Shown piece after piece: positions 13,171 through 27,410 of a DNA stretch of 64,000 nt. Every line of letters begins with the position of its first letter. Positions within the stretch are counted from its first letter, which is position 1. The notes under the pieces were generated by a model that searched no databases, had not been told where the DNA came from, and worked only from the letters and a program-made list of their open reading frames with translations. The stretch lies in the NCBI GenBank assembly GCA_047967505.1, contig CM106538.1. One strand, given 5' to 3'. The position numbers and the translations under genes were made by a program. The stretch is from Dipteris shenzhenensis. Lineage: Eukaryota.

Positions 13171-15402
13171 ACACTAACAAGTGATGCTCGCACATCGGTG
13201 ACTCCACTTTGTTTGGGAGTCATGGAGTCAAATATCTCCCTAGCATAAAGGCTAGCACAATCTCCACCCAGATCTGTAAAAAGACCAGGAACTTGCCCAG
13301 CAAAGTTGAGACTTTGTCATCCGCCCCACTCTTCTATCTAGGCCACCACCCTTATTCCAAATGGGAAAGCCTATATCATGACGATGCTTAGGGACATCAC
13401 CAACAAACCTACTAAGACTACCAAAGGAAATGGAAGGCCACCACTAGCCATTATAATCGTAGAAGCTACAAACCAGTCCTTTGCCTTGTCCAGTCATGAC
13501 TAACACCACCGACTAAAACAAAGACACTAGTGGCTTCCCAAGCCAATGCTATCGAAAATCTAGGGAGAGAGCCTCAACATACGAATTCACTTCCGCCCTT
13601 ACTTCCCACGTTGAACTTGGTTCAAGCTCCTAGACAAAGGAAACCGCAAAGAGGAAGACATGCAATAAAGCCCAAGAAGCAAAGAAGTCACCCAAGGTGA
13701 ATCCCTAAGCGGTTACTAAAAGCTTAGGATTACTAAAAAGTAATGCTTATATTTGGGTACCTAGGACCCATACTCTACTTTCCATCGACCACCCTAAAGG
13801 CACAAGGAAATCTCTAGCCTCATTAAGTGGTACGGCAGCATAGACCCACAAGAACCTGCCTTTACGAAGGAGGTAGCCCCACAAGAACCTATTGTTCACC
13901 CATCAAAAGAAAGGAGCACTCTAGCAAGGTCACATATTACATCACTATGCCCTTGAACCCTTATGATACAAGGGAGAATGTCATCAATGATTGTGGTAGT
14001 CCCACAAGAATCTACTCCTAAAAAGGGGGGCACAGATACAAGAACTTACTGCATTTCAAGGTAAGTCAGAAGCTAAAGCAATTGGTGAATAGCAAACCCT
14101 TAAAGCCTCCACTACAGATTCCACTATGACATCAAGCTTAGTAGGACCACAAGAATATGCTCTTAAGAAGGGAGTAGTGCCACAAGAACCTGCTGTTGCT
14201 CCTACTTTGAATGTACTAGCTTTGAAGGTGGCAATCCACACCGAGGTCACAAAAGATCCAGTTGAGCCACTAGGCTACCAAGGCCTCAAGGCCACACTAC
14301 TTCTAGTGGATTCTCATTCCAGGACCATGCAAGTCAACACTGACAAGTTGACATCACCATTCATTTGCAACTCCAAGGCATCACTATACATCCTATTTAC
14401 AGGTGCTCTCAATAAATACGCATTTTGGAAAGAGGCAAGGTACCCCCAGCAGCCACAATTTTGATTTTATTTATCAACTTATAGGTTCGAGGTGAAAACA
14501 GAAGGTCCAAGGGATAGGTGAAAACAGGATGTCACCGTAACAAGGTTCTAGGTCTTAAGTGAAAATAGCACCCTCTCATTGATCATAGGTCAACTCGAGC
14601 ATTACAAGTCCATAATAAGGGAATCAACACCTCATGAGTTGACTTAGGTGACTAGGTTTTAGGATTACACACAATTCAAGTTTTAAGGTCCCTAGGTCAT
14701 CCTTGCCACCACAATCAATGTCAAGTAGGCTATTCTAGCCACAAAAGTCAATCACAGTGTTATCAGAAAGCCTTCCCCATGCACTCACAAGTGCATAGGT
14801 GAAATTGAGTAAGGTCAACATTCTAGTCCAAACCCTAAGCAAGCCCAAAAAATCAACTCACTACATTAAGGTTTAATGCAGCAATGGCAAAGTTGGTAAT
14901 TTACAAGCATTGCAGCAACTCCAAACCCATTGTGATATAACACCAACCACTGCAATTAGGCTAATGCAATGACTCCTAATGCCATGACTGGATAACATAG
15001 CAACTGTGCTAATGCAATGATACAACTACTATAAGGCCAACGTAACTACGCTACTATGATATAACATTGAATAGCTACGATCTAATGCCTACTCGTCGCT
15101 ACATTAACACTAACAACAACCCATTGCATTAATAGATTTTCCATATGAGGGGCCATTCCACTCCTCAATTGCTGCATTAACAATTGTACCAAAGTGCTGC
15201 AAAGTTTGCATAGCTTCCACCTACCTTCCAAATTTCCTCCTAGCTTCTCCAAGAAGACTCCACATGCTTCGCGGGGGCAGATGAAGATGAGTTAATATTT
15301 GTATGCGAGCATGAGATCCCAAGTCGGGAAGCCTCCTCTTTCTTCCCATCTTCTACCACACCCTTCAGCTCTTGCACCATCTTCGTTTCCCTCCCCTCTC
15401 AG

Positions 15403-17100
15403 ATGGATCAATTAGAGTTACTGCCAAATCTCAAGCTTGAGCAGTCCGCTCAACACTCAACCCCCTGCCCTACAAAGAAGCATCGCATATGGATGTAGAC
15501 ACAATTGCAAATTATATGGAGCATAGGGTTAAAATCACACGTTTCATGCCCCTTGGTTCAGATTGGCTGCAAACACTTGGAGAAGTGGTGGTGCACTCTC
15601 AATACCATTGTGGTAGTAAAGACTTCAAGCTATACTATCATAACACTACCAGCTACCAGGCTCTCCGAGGTGGCACCAGCCATGGGCCTATAATGAGTTG
15701 TTGTGACTGCCTCTCATGTTACCTAAGCCTCAAGATGGCTATAGAATTTGTTAAGACAACAAGCTAGGAATACGCGGATGGAAATATTAAGCATTATCAT
15801 TTCATGGCCAGCATCGTTTGCACAGAAGCAGCCTGCCAATCACCTCCAAGCCTTCACCCAATTGTGCAAGATGGATAAGCACCTCTTGAGGTTGGTTGAT
15901 TGCAACACCAAAAGCCATAGGTGCGGAGTGCCTATCAAGCTAATTCAGAACCCTAGGATTGCCAAGGCCACTAGAGCAGCTAATCTCCTCACATAGGTGT
16001 CTTACACAAAGCATCACAATGTGATCCAACTGAACCTACTAGCGTGCCTGGAGACCACCAATTGGGCAGGGCATTGAAGGCCGTGCCATATGTATAACAA
16101 TTGACCAGCCTTGTGCTTCCGTGAAGTAGGGCTAAAAGCACAAAAACAACAATGAGAAGAGGCCAACACCTACGATAATAGCAACAATAGCGAATTTAAA
16201 TGGAGTCCCTAGCTCAATGCACATGCGTTGACCACTCCTTTGCTGATAACTATGCCGGCCTCATGAAGACAAATCAGGATGCCCCAAAGAAGGAGTAGGT
16301 CTTTATGTATGTCTTGGCACCAATGACTCAGACAGTTTATCCTATCCTAATCCTTGGCCATAGATTGTGAATCACTCCAAGACCCCAAGCCGCCATTGAT
16401 CAATAGCAATACGACATGATCCAATCAAAACCTAGCAATAGAAGATCAGTTGGCACAACAGGCTAACCAGATCGAGCATTTCCATGCCCTCTTGTGCCAA
16501 AAGAATGAGCAAAATCTTTGGCTACAAGAGCAACCCCAAGCCAAGAACTTGCCTCTACCTCTAGATCAGGACCTCGAAGAACTCCACCAATGGCTCCTGT
16601 TAGCTTCCACAAGCGCCATTGCACTCACCTTTGCAGCACACACAATTCAAGACACCTTCAACTATTATCTCAACACAATGTCTACCACTGCTACATAGCA
16701 CCACATCAACTTCACCCACCCCTTACCGCCGTCAATCACCTTTAGTCTCCTCCTCTGCCTCACTAGTGCCCATGCCCACCCAATCATAGCTACGGCCTAT
16801 TTTCATAAGGATATCAATTTGGAAGATGACTCGGATATCCTCACCCTTAACTACCACCCCATTATCTACAATTTTATGGCTTGGTGTCAAATTCTCCAAA
16901 ACTCCACCATTTTTTCAAGTGATAGGCCTATGCTAGAACTACTAAGTCCCAACGACTTGCAGGACATAGCTTACCATCCATAGTCCTTGATCAAAGGTCT
17001 AGGGTGGATGCAATAGTATGGCCGACAAGACACTGAATATATATCTATGCATCTTTCTTCTTACTATAGCAAACAATATCAACCAACTGGCATTATTGTC
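15403..17100 (+). pseudogene. Degenerate extra ORF in the 3' region of the gypsy element, product unknown
   Basis: Long, largely open stretches with a coiled-coil-like segment (QLAQQANQIEHF...) on the same strand as pol. Confidence 0.35.
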
Positions 17101-17639
17101 CTTTTAATAATATTTTGGATGGTAGTCAATTGGCTTAGAACTGGTCATAAAACCTCGAGATGTGGTTGGGTTCGCTGCATTCCGATGGACCAAAGTAAAA
17201 ATGCCCATTGCTACATTATTACAAGGTAAACCTACTCTTTGGAAATTGCAAAGACATCTCTGATTGGATGAATGGGCAAATAGTGACATAAGAGCCATCA
17301 AACCCAAAAATGTTTGAATCCTTCAAAGCAAAGAAAAAAGGTAGGTATGGTGGATTCACCATGAAGGTTGGAAGGACAAAAAAATGTTGTTCTTGTTGCT
17401 TTGCATACAGAGCTGAATATGCTAGCAGCTAAGGCTATAGATATTTGTTGAGCAACCAAGATTCACACCAACTAATAGGTTTCTCTAGCTCCCCTAGTAT
17501 GTTTGCATGGTAGTGGGGTAGCTCCAGCATAGAGGGCTCTTGTTTGGCCATTGTTTCCTTAGAATACTCTTTATAGGCCTCTTTCACAACTAAGCATTCA
17601 AGCTTGCAATTCTTCAAGATCATGTTGTTGCCCATCGGT

Positions 17640-18040
17640 ATTCGCACATCCTTTCCATCTTGGATGGATTGTGAGGACTCTCCTTGCCTAATCTTGAAGA
17701 ACCTTGGCATTCTTTATCCATGGTCTCTAGATTAGCATTGGGTACCCTTCTTCACTTTCCATTTCAACCATAATGAAAACGACTGTGAAGTGAACTCCAT
17801 TGATTTTGATATAGATATCCTTGAGCATGCCTATGCACATCACCAACCTCTAGTCTACCATGAAATTTTTTGAATGGTGCAGGCTTCAATTTCTTCAACA
17901 ATAGCCTCTTTTTTGCACCTTTTTAGTGATGATATTCACCATCAAGGAGCACTCCCCTCATTGTTTGATTACAAGATTTGACATCGATCATGGCACACTT
18001 CTTCATCCCAACTCACCATTTTGTTCACTTTCACCATTGT
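17640..18040 (-). pseudogene. Gypsy protease remnant
   Basis: GVLLDG..VNIIT, CIGMLKDIYIKINGVHF, YPMLI*RPWIKNAKVLQD*. Confidence 0.65.
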
Positions 18041-18874
18041 TGAAGGGGCATGAGCTAGAAAGACCTAATCTTTGTGGCTAGTTTTTCCACGCAACAGAAT
18101 AGTAGATGGTTAAGTTGTGTGCAATAGAAGAATATAAAGAGGGAAAGGAAATGTTGTAATTCAAATCATTTGAATTTATGATTCCACAATATAGAAGCCA
18201 CAAAACACCAAAGATATAGAAAATGGTAGAGTAGTTTAAAGTATACCTGAGAATATATAGCAAAAATTTGAGTCAAACAAGCTTCACCATAATTCTCCAA
18301 AACCTATAGCAATATGTTGCCTTGGATGCTCTGTGCTAAGCACAAACTTTTCCCCTACTTCTATCCTTTAACTCTTTTGGGACCTCATGTAGTGTTGTTT
18401 TCTTAGATAACACTCTCGTGCATGGCCTATACTCTCAAAATGGCATAGATGTGGACTAAGAACTACTCCCAAAAGTAAGGGTTGCTTTTAGTCTAAATTC
18501 GTTATCCTTCAATGTCTTTCCTTGCTATTGCGCATTCTTTGGACCACCAAAAATGTCAAGGATTGAGGAACTACTCTAAGAGGATAAGGTTTTAGGAGAA
18601 GCATAAGAGTGGGAGAGAAAGAAGGTGTAAGAGAAAGGGGGTGGGGGAGAGAGAGGAGAAGGAAAGAGGAGAGGGAGAGGAGGAGTTGCAAGGTTGGAGG
18701 AGAGGGGAGAAGGGGACAAGGTTCAGACATGCTTTTGGACGTGGAGTGCAAGGGAGCATGGAAACTTGGAGACAATTGCATAGAACACTAAAATAGAACT
18801 CAATACAATGCCCCAAAGAGTATGGGCTTCATTCCATTATGGGATATTTATACAAGTTGGATAGCTTCTCTCTT

Positions 18875-19095
18875 TGCATGTAGAACTTGCATCTAAGATG
18901 CGCATGTAGAAGTATGTAGGAGATGCATGTAGGAACTAAATGTAGAAACTGAAATTGTATGTCGACTTGCATGTAGAACGTGCATGTAGGAGTTGTATAT
19001 ACGACTTGCATGTAGAAACTGCATGTAGAACTTGACTATAGAACATGCATGTAGGAATCATATGTAGAACTTGCATGTAGAGCATGCATGTAGGA
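18875..19095. repeat. Degenerate tandem array of CATGTAG(A/G)A-containing units (about 10-20 bp)
   Basis: Repeated GCATGTAGAA/GCATGTAGGA. Confidence 0.8.
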
Positions 19096-19099
19096 TTCC

Positions 19100-19520
19100 G
19101 AAGGGAGATTATTCCTAGCCTTATGCAAGTACAAGTGGATCTTGGTTGCTACTCCACACACTCATTTTGTCCTACTTGAGTTTATGTTGACACAGAGTTA
19201 ACACAAATGCACATCAAATGTAAACCAAGTAGCTCAAGAAGCCAAGACAAAAGACGAGCATACAGGCTTGAGCAAGGTACAGGAAGAGGAAAAGGACCAG
19301 GTGACAAAATTCAATGTTAAGAGTGAGACCCACTCAAGATAAGATGTTTTCATTTGTGAAGAAGATGGTCATACTAAGGTAGAATGTAAGTTATCATCAA
19401 AATACATTAAGATGCTTAAGAGTAATGCTAAAATGTAAGGAATTGATATAGGATGTCGATCAATTCTCACCAAGGTTTTGAAGATGTGGACATCAATGCA
19501 ATTAATTGACCCATGGTTTC
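19100..19520 (+). pseudogene. Retroelement gag remnant with zinc knuckle
   Basis: C(F)ICEEDGHTKVEC near 19345-19387 (one small indel). Confidence 0.55.
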
Positions 19521-19624
19521 AATGTTTGGTTTTAAGAGGCACTATTTTTACCCAAGGAACATTATTTGGAAGGAGCAAATCCAAGTAGCCTCCAAAGAGT
19601 CTTTTCATAGGAGATCTATTGCTC

Positions 19625-20140
19625 ATCCCCAACCTCCTTACTGCCCCTCACCCTCCCTTAGCCCCTCTCCCTCTCTCTTCCTCCTCAACCCCCTCTCTCT
19701 CGTGCCTCTGAATGCCTCTTTCCCTCCCTCTCTTAGCCCCTCTCCCTTGCCTCCTCAGCTTGCCCCCTCCCTTGCCATCTCAACCCCTTTCTCCCACCCC
19801 CTTCCCTTTCCCCATCTCCCTGCCTTCCCCTACCTCTCTGCCCCCCTCCCTCTCTCTTTCCCCCTCTCCTCTCCTTCCCTCCCTCTCTGCCCCCCTCCCT
19901 CTCTCTCGCCCCCTCTCCTCTGCCTCCCCTCCCTCTCCCCCTATCTGACTCCTCTCCCCTACCCCATCCTTTGCCTCCTCTCCCCTCTCCCTCACCTACC
20001 CCCTCTCCCTTGACACCTCTTCCTCTCCGCTTCCCCTCTCTCTCCCCTCTCCCACCTCCCCTCTACCACTTCCTACCCTTTGCCCCTCCCCTGCCTCCCC
20101 TCAGCCCCTCTCTTCCTCAACATGCCCCCTTCTACCTCTT
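19625..20140. repeat. Polypyrimidine low-complexity tract
   Basis: About 500 bp that is almost entirely C/T. Confidence 0.9.
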
Positions 20141-20199
20141 GTAGAAGCATTTTGGGGTCAAATAGAGCTTCATTGTGATTGAATCGGCCTTTTTGCCTC

Positions 20200-22070
20200 T
20201 ATTGATGAATGGATTTCCATTCCGCTTCCACCGGCCATGAGACAAGTCATTTTCTTTAAAGATGAGCTGCAGCATCTAAAAAATAACATAGAGATTAAAA
20301 TATCTATCTTTCTCTTCCAAGTTACGAGCCAGGGTCTGGATGCTTGTAGCTTTAGACGGGAGACCTTGTAGACATTTTCTTACGAGGATGAGGCTTCTTC
20401 TATGTGTTTTTTGATACTTCTGAGTGTGTGACTAGACTACTTCATACTAACCCCTTGGCGCTAGGCTCTAGGAGGATCTTTATCTTTCCCTTCACCTTGG
20501 GCTTCAACCTTGGTGTGGAGGACAATTAGATTACTTCACTTTTTATCAGATTTCTTGGCCTCCCTCATGTATACCATTAACTCCTTCCTACCATAGGAGC
20601 CATTTTTGGTTTGGTCGTAGAGATTTCCCCCCTCCTCGGCATGCCTTTTCCAATAGTAGTGGAGGAAATCAGATTGCTGATATAACTAGGGTCTTGGTTT
20701 CTGACCCTAACATATTAGATGACCATATTATGCTCTAGCATCCAAATTGCTCTTTCTTTTGCCAGCAAAGATTCAAGATTATTGGCAAAGAGGATCATTG
20801 TAGGATATGTAGAAATTTTTCAAGAGATTGCCCAAGGAAGAAGAAAAGACCCAAGTAGTGTTTTGGTGTGGCTCCGCCTCATACCACTCCCGTTTCACTA
20901 ACACAGGAATGCTCTACCAAATAGTATGTCTAACATCATCTCTAGTCTATGTGTTAGGATCTACTATGAGGATGGAAGCATAAAAGTTTGTAGCTATGCA
21001 CAAGATGACACCTGAATCATTTGCAAAACCCCATCTGAGTCAATAAGTTGTGAGACACTCTCTCTACTGTGTCTGGGGCCAAGAGTAGAGAAGAAGTGTT
21101 TATCGACTCTACCCCCCATCTGAGTCAAGAATGAGTCATGGGCATGAAAGGCATACTTTGCTTTCTAATCAAGCAACATGTGCTTTTGAGCCCTTGTTAC
21201 AACAAGGTGCTCTTGAATCCAAGCATCTATAGGCCATTTCTTCTCTTTCCTTTGCAGAGCTACCAACTACTATTCCTTTGCAGAGCTACCAACTACTACT
21301 GGTGAATACCAATCTCACGTCTGAGAATCTCTTGTCTCTTGGTACTAGAGACTAAATGATAAAAGTCACAAATATTAGTTAGGGCTACAACCAAAAGTGA
21401 AGGAGACGGCACTCCACCCTACATATGTGACACCCAGATCTACAAAACTACCTTTGCGAGGTCCTCCTCTACAAAAGGCATCTAGAATCCTGGCAGAGTG
21501 TCCTCTCAAATGAGGCTCAAAATCAATAATACCATGAGAAAGAGATCTACTATGGAAACCACAACAACAATGTATATTGGACCACCTTTATCTATAGTCC
21601 AATCATCAACATAAAATCTATCAAACCATTCATGTATAGGCATCTATGGTCTCCTGTCATGGTTAAACAAGTGAGACTTAGGCTAAGTGTGAAAGGCATC
21701 CTTAAACCAAGCATCTCTAGCACTGAAAAGAAATAATAAGCCAAGGCTACTCGTTCCAAAGAGTGAATGCCTCCCTCTCTACCATGCTGAAATCATCTCA
21801 GTAACCCATGAATCTGCAATGGGGGCCCAAAAGAGAAGTTTCCTCCATATGAGGACATGATCTCCTCTATTTCTTAAGGCATAAATGTTGAGAAAGACAA
21901 CTTTACATCCCCCAATCAGGAGAACAATCCACTGAGCCATAGAAGGAAGGATCATTGTACCTCCCCTAGTGCTCAAGGTAGGCGAACAAAAGGTGTGATT
22001 TCTTCCATAGGATTGAGGTTGCATTTTCAGCCTCAACCTTGGTTATTTCCTACCTCTTTTTGAGGCGTGT
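20200..22070 (-). mobile_element. LINE (L1-type) ORF2 remnant with APE endonuclease
   Basis: FLNIYALRNRGDHVLIW...DSWV, FSMVE, FDRFYVDD motifs. Confidence 0.7.
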
Positions 22071-24656
22071 TTTCTCATGCATTGCATGATGTACTTTTGC
22101 CTTGAGCTTGCTCTTGTGCATCTGATTTATACTTAAGGGTAGTCTTTTTTCTTTTTTTTGGGGGGGGGGGGGGGGGGAGTAGCCTCCAAAAGTGGCTAAA
22201 GGCTTGAAGGGCAAGGCTCTTGTAGTCAAGCTTCCAACTAAGCTCTAAACGAAGAGAAGCATCCATAAGGACACCAAATCCCGAGCCAAGTAGATGGCTT
22301 GATTTCAAAGATACACAAGCATGGGAAATGTTTTTAAACAATAAGGTAAGATTACAATGGTAGGAAATCCATTTCATGTTCAGATTTGATAATCCTACTC
22401 GAGAATGCAAAGTTGGTTGCACTTGAGATCCATTTTCCACAATGTAACCTCCTGTCTAAGCGGAGGCTAAGTGGTAGTAGATAATCAAGTATGTTCAACA
22501 ACACATCCCCAATTTTGCATGTAGAGCTCTTAAAACATAACTTCCTATATATAGATCATGATGCTCCTCAAGCAAGATTCATAAATTTTTTAATTTTCTT
22601 GTATGTTTATTGGTCAAAAAAATGTTTTCCTATGGATTGGTCATGCATAAGGCTAAGGAGTTGCAAATATTAAACTTAGACTATATGTCCTTTTGATACT
22701 TAAATCAATTGAGAACATATAAAAGTGGCATTTGTTGGCATTTTGTTGAGTTACAATTTGACTAAGAGATTTCTCTTGGAGTCACCATTGACGAAGGGAT
22801 TTTCCTTGGAGTCGTTATTGACCAAGAGATTTTCTTTGTGTTGACTTTTATTGTCAGGTAAATCTTGGCTTGAGGGTCCTTTTGTCATCTTTAAATTGTT
22901 AGCACTTCATTTTTTATTTTGAAAAATGGTGTAGATATTTGACAGGTGCCGATGATGATTGATCTCATATGTTTGAGTTTGCTAGAGTTCACCTCTTAAG
23001 CCTTGTTTCTCATTGTTTTTTTATTGCATGGTATGAAGTAAGTTTGTTCTTCTGATCTTGCTCCTATTGCAATTAATGTCTGAGCTATGCTGGATATTGT
23101 TGCCAAGCATCTTAGAATTCATTCAAATATTTGTATTTTCTCTTGGAAAACGTCCCCAATTTTGTGGTGGGCCTATTCTTTTTTTTTCTCCTTTCTTGAA
23201 TGTATTAAGGATTGACCTTAAACTATTTTGATAAGAGGGGGATCTTGATTGTTCTATGTTTAAATCTTTCCTTACCAAATCCTCTAGTTTATAGGTAAGG
23301 TGTGATTCTTCTTCCATGGCTAGCATGCATATTGAGACTTATCAAATAGTATACTTTCTACATCATTTTTATGTAGAAGCATTGTTATTAAAGAGTATGG
23401 GTGACAAAGATGGCCTTGAATACCACATCCTTGTTTTGCCATATTGAAACAGGTGTGCTATACAGATTTGGCTCCATTTGTACCACCTTTAGGTTTGGAA
23501 ACTTACCTTTCCGATTTGTCTCAATCATTCACAATTGATTCTTCAATCATCATTGCCCAACATCACATATTTGTGTTATACTTTTCAATTATAATGTGCT
23601 CTTGAATTTCTTCATGCAATCATTTGACAAAACTTTTAATTAATACAAAGCTTTCCTTCAAGGATAGTACTTTAGCTAGATGAAATAGTCTATCACAATA
23701 TCCCAATTCTTTTGAACAAACTGTGGTAATGTTAGTTCTAATTCCCTTTCTCTAATCTTTCATGATTGCTCGAATTGTGGATGGCATTAGTCTATCATTA
23801 CCTAAAATTGTAGTAGAAAGCATTTTGTGGCATGGGCCAATTTGTGCCTCAACATCCATTCTGAGGCACCAATAAATCCCCTAGAATAGCTTGTGGAAAT
23901 AGGTTTGAATATTCTTCCTAACCATCTCTAATCAAATAACGCAATGAATTCTTTAGGATTACCTCTACTTTGAGACCATCGGCATGTATGCAGCTAGACC
24001 ATGTTCCATGCCAAGTTCTTGTGGGCTCCAAGTGGTCTATTGTATTGATGTTATACATGTCTATGTATTGGGCTTAGTTTCTAGAATTTGATCCCATATG
24101 GTTTCCATTTTGAGCTTTTACATGAATTAGGCATGTGTCTTATGGGAGAGTTATGAAGTACAAGGACTCTAATTTAATACTGGCTGAATTTTGTTTCCTC
24201 AACCTAATTGTGACAGCCAAGCTAAAGTTTTAATTTATTGGTTGATTGATCTACATAATCTTCTTGAACTATTGATTAGTGCCACCACGATAGTTGAATT
24301 GCACTTGAAATGAGCTTATGGTGTATGTTGTGAAGTTTCCTTGATCTTGTTTTGTCTTTATGTTGAAATTCTCTAATGGATGATGCCTTGTTGAACAATG
24401 CCAATTGTTGATAAAGTGTTGTCCTTTGAGTATATATTTTAGTACCCAGTGCTCTTCAAAATTATAATGCATAAATTGTTGGTGAAGACTACAAACAATT
24501 TAGATGTGCTTTATTATAGGTATGAACTTTTTTTATTCATAATTTGCTTGAAATTTGTGCAATGATTTGTCTTGGAGATTATGTCCAAAATTAGGTTAAA
24601 TGTATTAAAAAAGAGTAAGGTTAGGTTAACCCTAGATAAGACTAACCTAACCACTT

Positions 24657-24721
24657 TTAACTTGATTGTGATCTAGTTTAACTTGATTGTGATCTAATTT
24701 AACTTGATTGTGATCTAGTTC
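24657..24721. repeat. Three copies of a 21-bp tandem repeat (TTAACTTGATTGTGATCTAGT)
   Basis: Direct inspection. Confidence 0.85.
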
Positions 24722-26339
24722 AACTAAAAGATGTTAGTTAAAAAACTAACTAAGGTTTGAGTTAGTTTGTAGGTTTAGTTTTCATGCTAGCTAGGTTTAG
24801 GTTTTTAGGGCTATTAATGAGTGGTGGTGAGGGAGGGCAATCATTGGCAGTGATGAATGGGGGGTTTCAATTCAAGAAGGCGGGAAGAAAGAAATGAAAG
24901 GGCTAGGGAGGGATGAAACAAAGAGGGGGATGGGTCAAACCCTGTCTAGGTGAGGCATGAATAGGGGGTAGGGGAGCAAAATAAGGTTAGCCAAAGGGAT
25001 TTGAACAATGAGTAGAGGGGGTTAAAACCATGCGGCAAGGAGGGGAAGTGAGCAGAAGGGGGCAAATGAAATAGAAGTATGGGAGGGGCTAGAAGGAAGG
25101 GAAACAAGAACCATGGAGCAAAATAGGAATTGAGGGAGGGGATGAATGGGAGCAGGGGACTCATTGAATGTCGGAGGGGAGGGGGAAACAAAGGTAGAGA
25201 GGTTGAGGGTGGCAGGAATGGGGTATTGAGGGAATAGGATAGAGGGTAGCAAAAATGGGAATGGACAAGGGGCCACAAAACCCAAGTGTGGAGCTGAATG
25301 GGAGCGAGGAGGGGTTAGTGAATAGAATGGAGGGAAATGGGATGGAGAGGGTAAACACATGAAACAGGAGGGAAATAAGGTTTTTTTGTTTGGGTGAATG
25401 TTTTGGTGAATGGGCCCAAAAAATGGGGGAGAGAATAGGGAGGGGGACTACAAAATAGAAGCGGCATACCAACAGCCATACAACCAGCCAGCCGACCAAG
25501 CAATGCAACAGATTGGATCGCAACAGCATCGCAATCTTGCATGCAAGCGGCTCCTCCAGCAGCCTCACACGCGTATGTATTTTATTTTCAATTCGCTCCC
25601 AGTGCCACAGCCATGACGCACATTTCAATTTGCTCCCAGAGCCACAGCCATGACGCTTTTGTGATTCTAAGCTGATTTTCGAGAGTCCGTGTCCTAGTTC
25701 AAAGTCCAAATTATCCATAACATCACAACTAGCAGAATATTGGCAGATGACATGTTAGCTGACATTCTTATCTCAATCCTTACCCAACAGAGATCCATTT
25801 ATTACTAAATAATAATAATTTTTAGACTCTGCATGAAGAATCGGTCACTAGGTAGACAACTCCTTCGAGGCAGAGCATTCAACTTTTCAATACCACACTA
25901 ATAATATAGAAACATAAGAATGGAGAGACGTACAAAAAAACATAAATATGGAAACATAGAAACATAAGAATGAAAAGATGTACAAAGACTATACAGGATA
26001 AACACTGTAAACTAATCCAGACTTCTCTTCGGCTTCAGATATAAACCATAAGTCCTTTATAATTTACTATCATGTCGCAAAATTCCCTCAAGCGACCTAA
26101 AGCTACTGATGCCAGACAATTCCCTGGCATTGAGTTTTTTGTTAAATGGAGGTAACGGTTTGGCTTCCTCAACTGCTTCTACTTAATTGCCATAAACCTT
26201 TGCGCCCTTTGGAGGGAGGGCTGATTTTCCACCTATCTGCTTGCAATCCAGATGCACGGGTTTTTGTCCTAGCGAAAGAGGAGTTGCATTACACTGCTAA
26301 TAATGATGGACTTAACTCGGAAGGATAAACCATCATTCA

Positions 26340-27410
26340 CACTTGCAGCAGGTCACCAATAGCCAAAAGCCTCTATGGAAAACTTCTTTGATTTGAGAAA
26401 CGGGAGTACCCTGTATTGAGGAAATTCATTCCACATTGCATCACTACATTTCTGGCTATTTGCATAAATACTCCACTTGAATAACCATCCAAATACTAAT
26501 TATAGAAGTGGCTTCCAGACTCGTAATAGGTACTTAGCCCTAAAAACCAAAGAAATACAATTTTCAGCACTAGGCCTTTTTCACACGTCGTCTAATATTG
26601 CCGGACGGAAAAGGCAATGACTTAACAATATAAATAAGAGAAGTGCTCTTCCTTGTTATAAAATTGTATTAAAACAGGTTTTAAACCCTGAACATTTCAC
26701 TTTTATACATCAGTCGAAGTTAAAACTTTGTGAGAATCAATCCGGACAGTTTATCGGTAAAAGTTATAACTTGGAATGTTACAGATGACAAAACAGTAAC
26801 TGTTACATAAGGACTACAACCAGCTCTTCTTTCGGCACGCCTTGAACAAACTTATCACTTGTAAACTGCACCGGATGCACTTACGGAAGGTCACCATTAG
26901 CAAAAAGCCTGTATGGAAAACTTCTATAATTTGAGAAACTGGACCTGCCCTGTATTGAGGAAATTCATTCCACATTGCATCACTACATTTCTGGCTATTT
27001 GCATCAATACTCCACTAGAACAACCATCCAACTACTAATTTTCCTTACTCGTAATAGGTATTTAGCCCTAAAAACCAAAGAAATACAATTTTCAGCACTA
27101 GGCCATTTTCACATGTCGTCTAATATTGGCGGACAGAAAAGGCAATGACTTCACGATATAAGCAAGAGAAGTGCTCTTCCTTGTTATGAAATTGTATTAA
27201 GACAGGTTTTAAACCCTGAACATTTCACTTTTATACATCGGTCAAAGTTAAAATTTAGTGAGCATCAATCCGGACAGCTTATCGGTAAAAGTTACAACTT
27301 GGAATGTTACAGATGACAAACCAGTAACTGTTACATAAGGACTACAACTGACTGTTCTTTCGGCAAGTCTTGAACAAACTTATCACTTGTAAACTGCACT
27401 GGATGCACTT
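26340..27410. repeat. Tandem duplication of about 540 bp, 3' of PABP
   Basis: 26340-26880 aligns with 26879-27410 with scattered substitutions and one small indel. Confidence 0.9.

Noticed and set aside
19513-20013. Pro/Leu/Ser-rich ORFs (also 7566-8086, 24946-25718, 33799-34091)
   Set aside because: Translations of low-complexity or microsatellite DNA.
25660-25700. Possible Helitron 3' end (CTAG followed by T)
   Set aside because: The hairpin is weak and no Rep/helicase motif or 5' TC end was identified.
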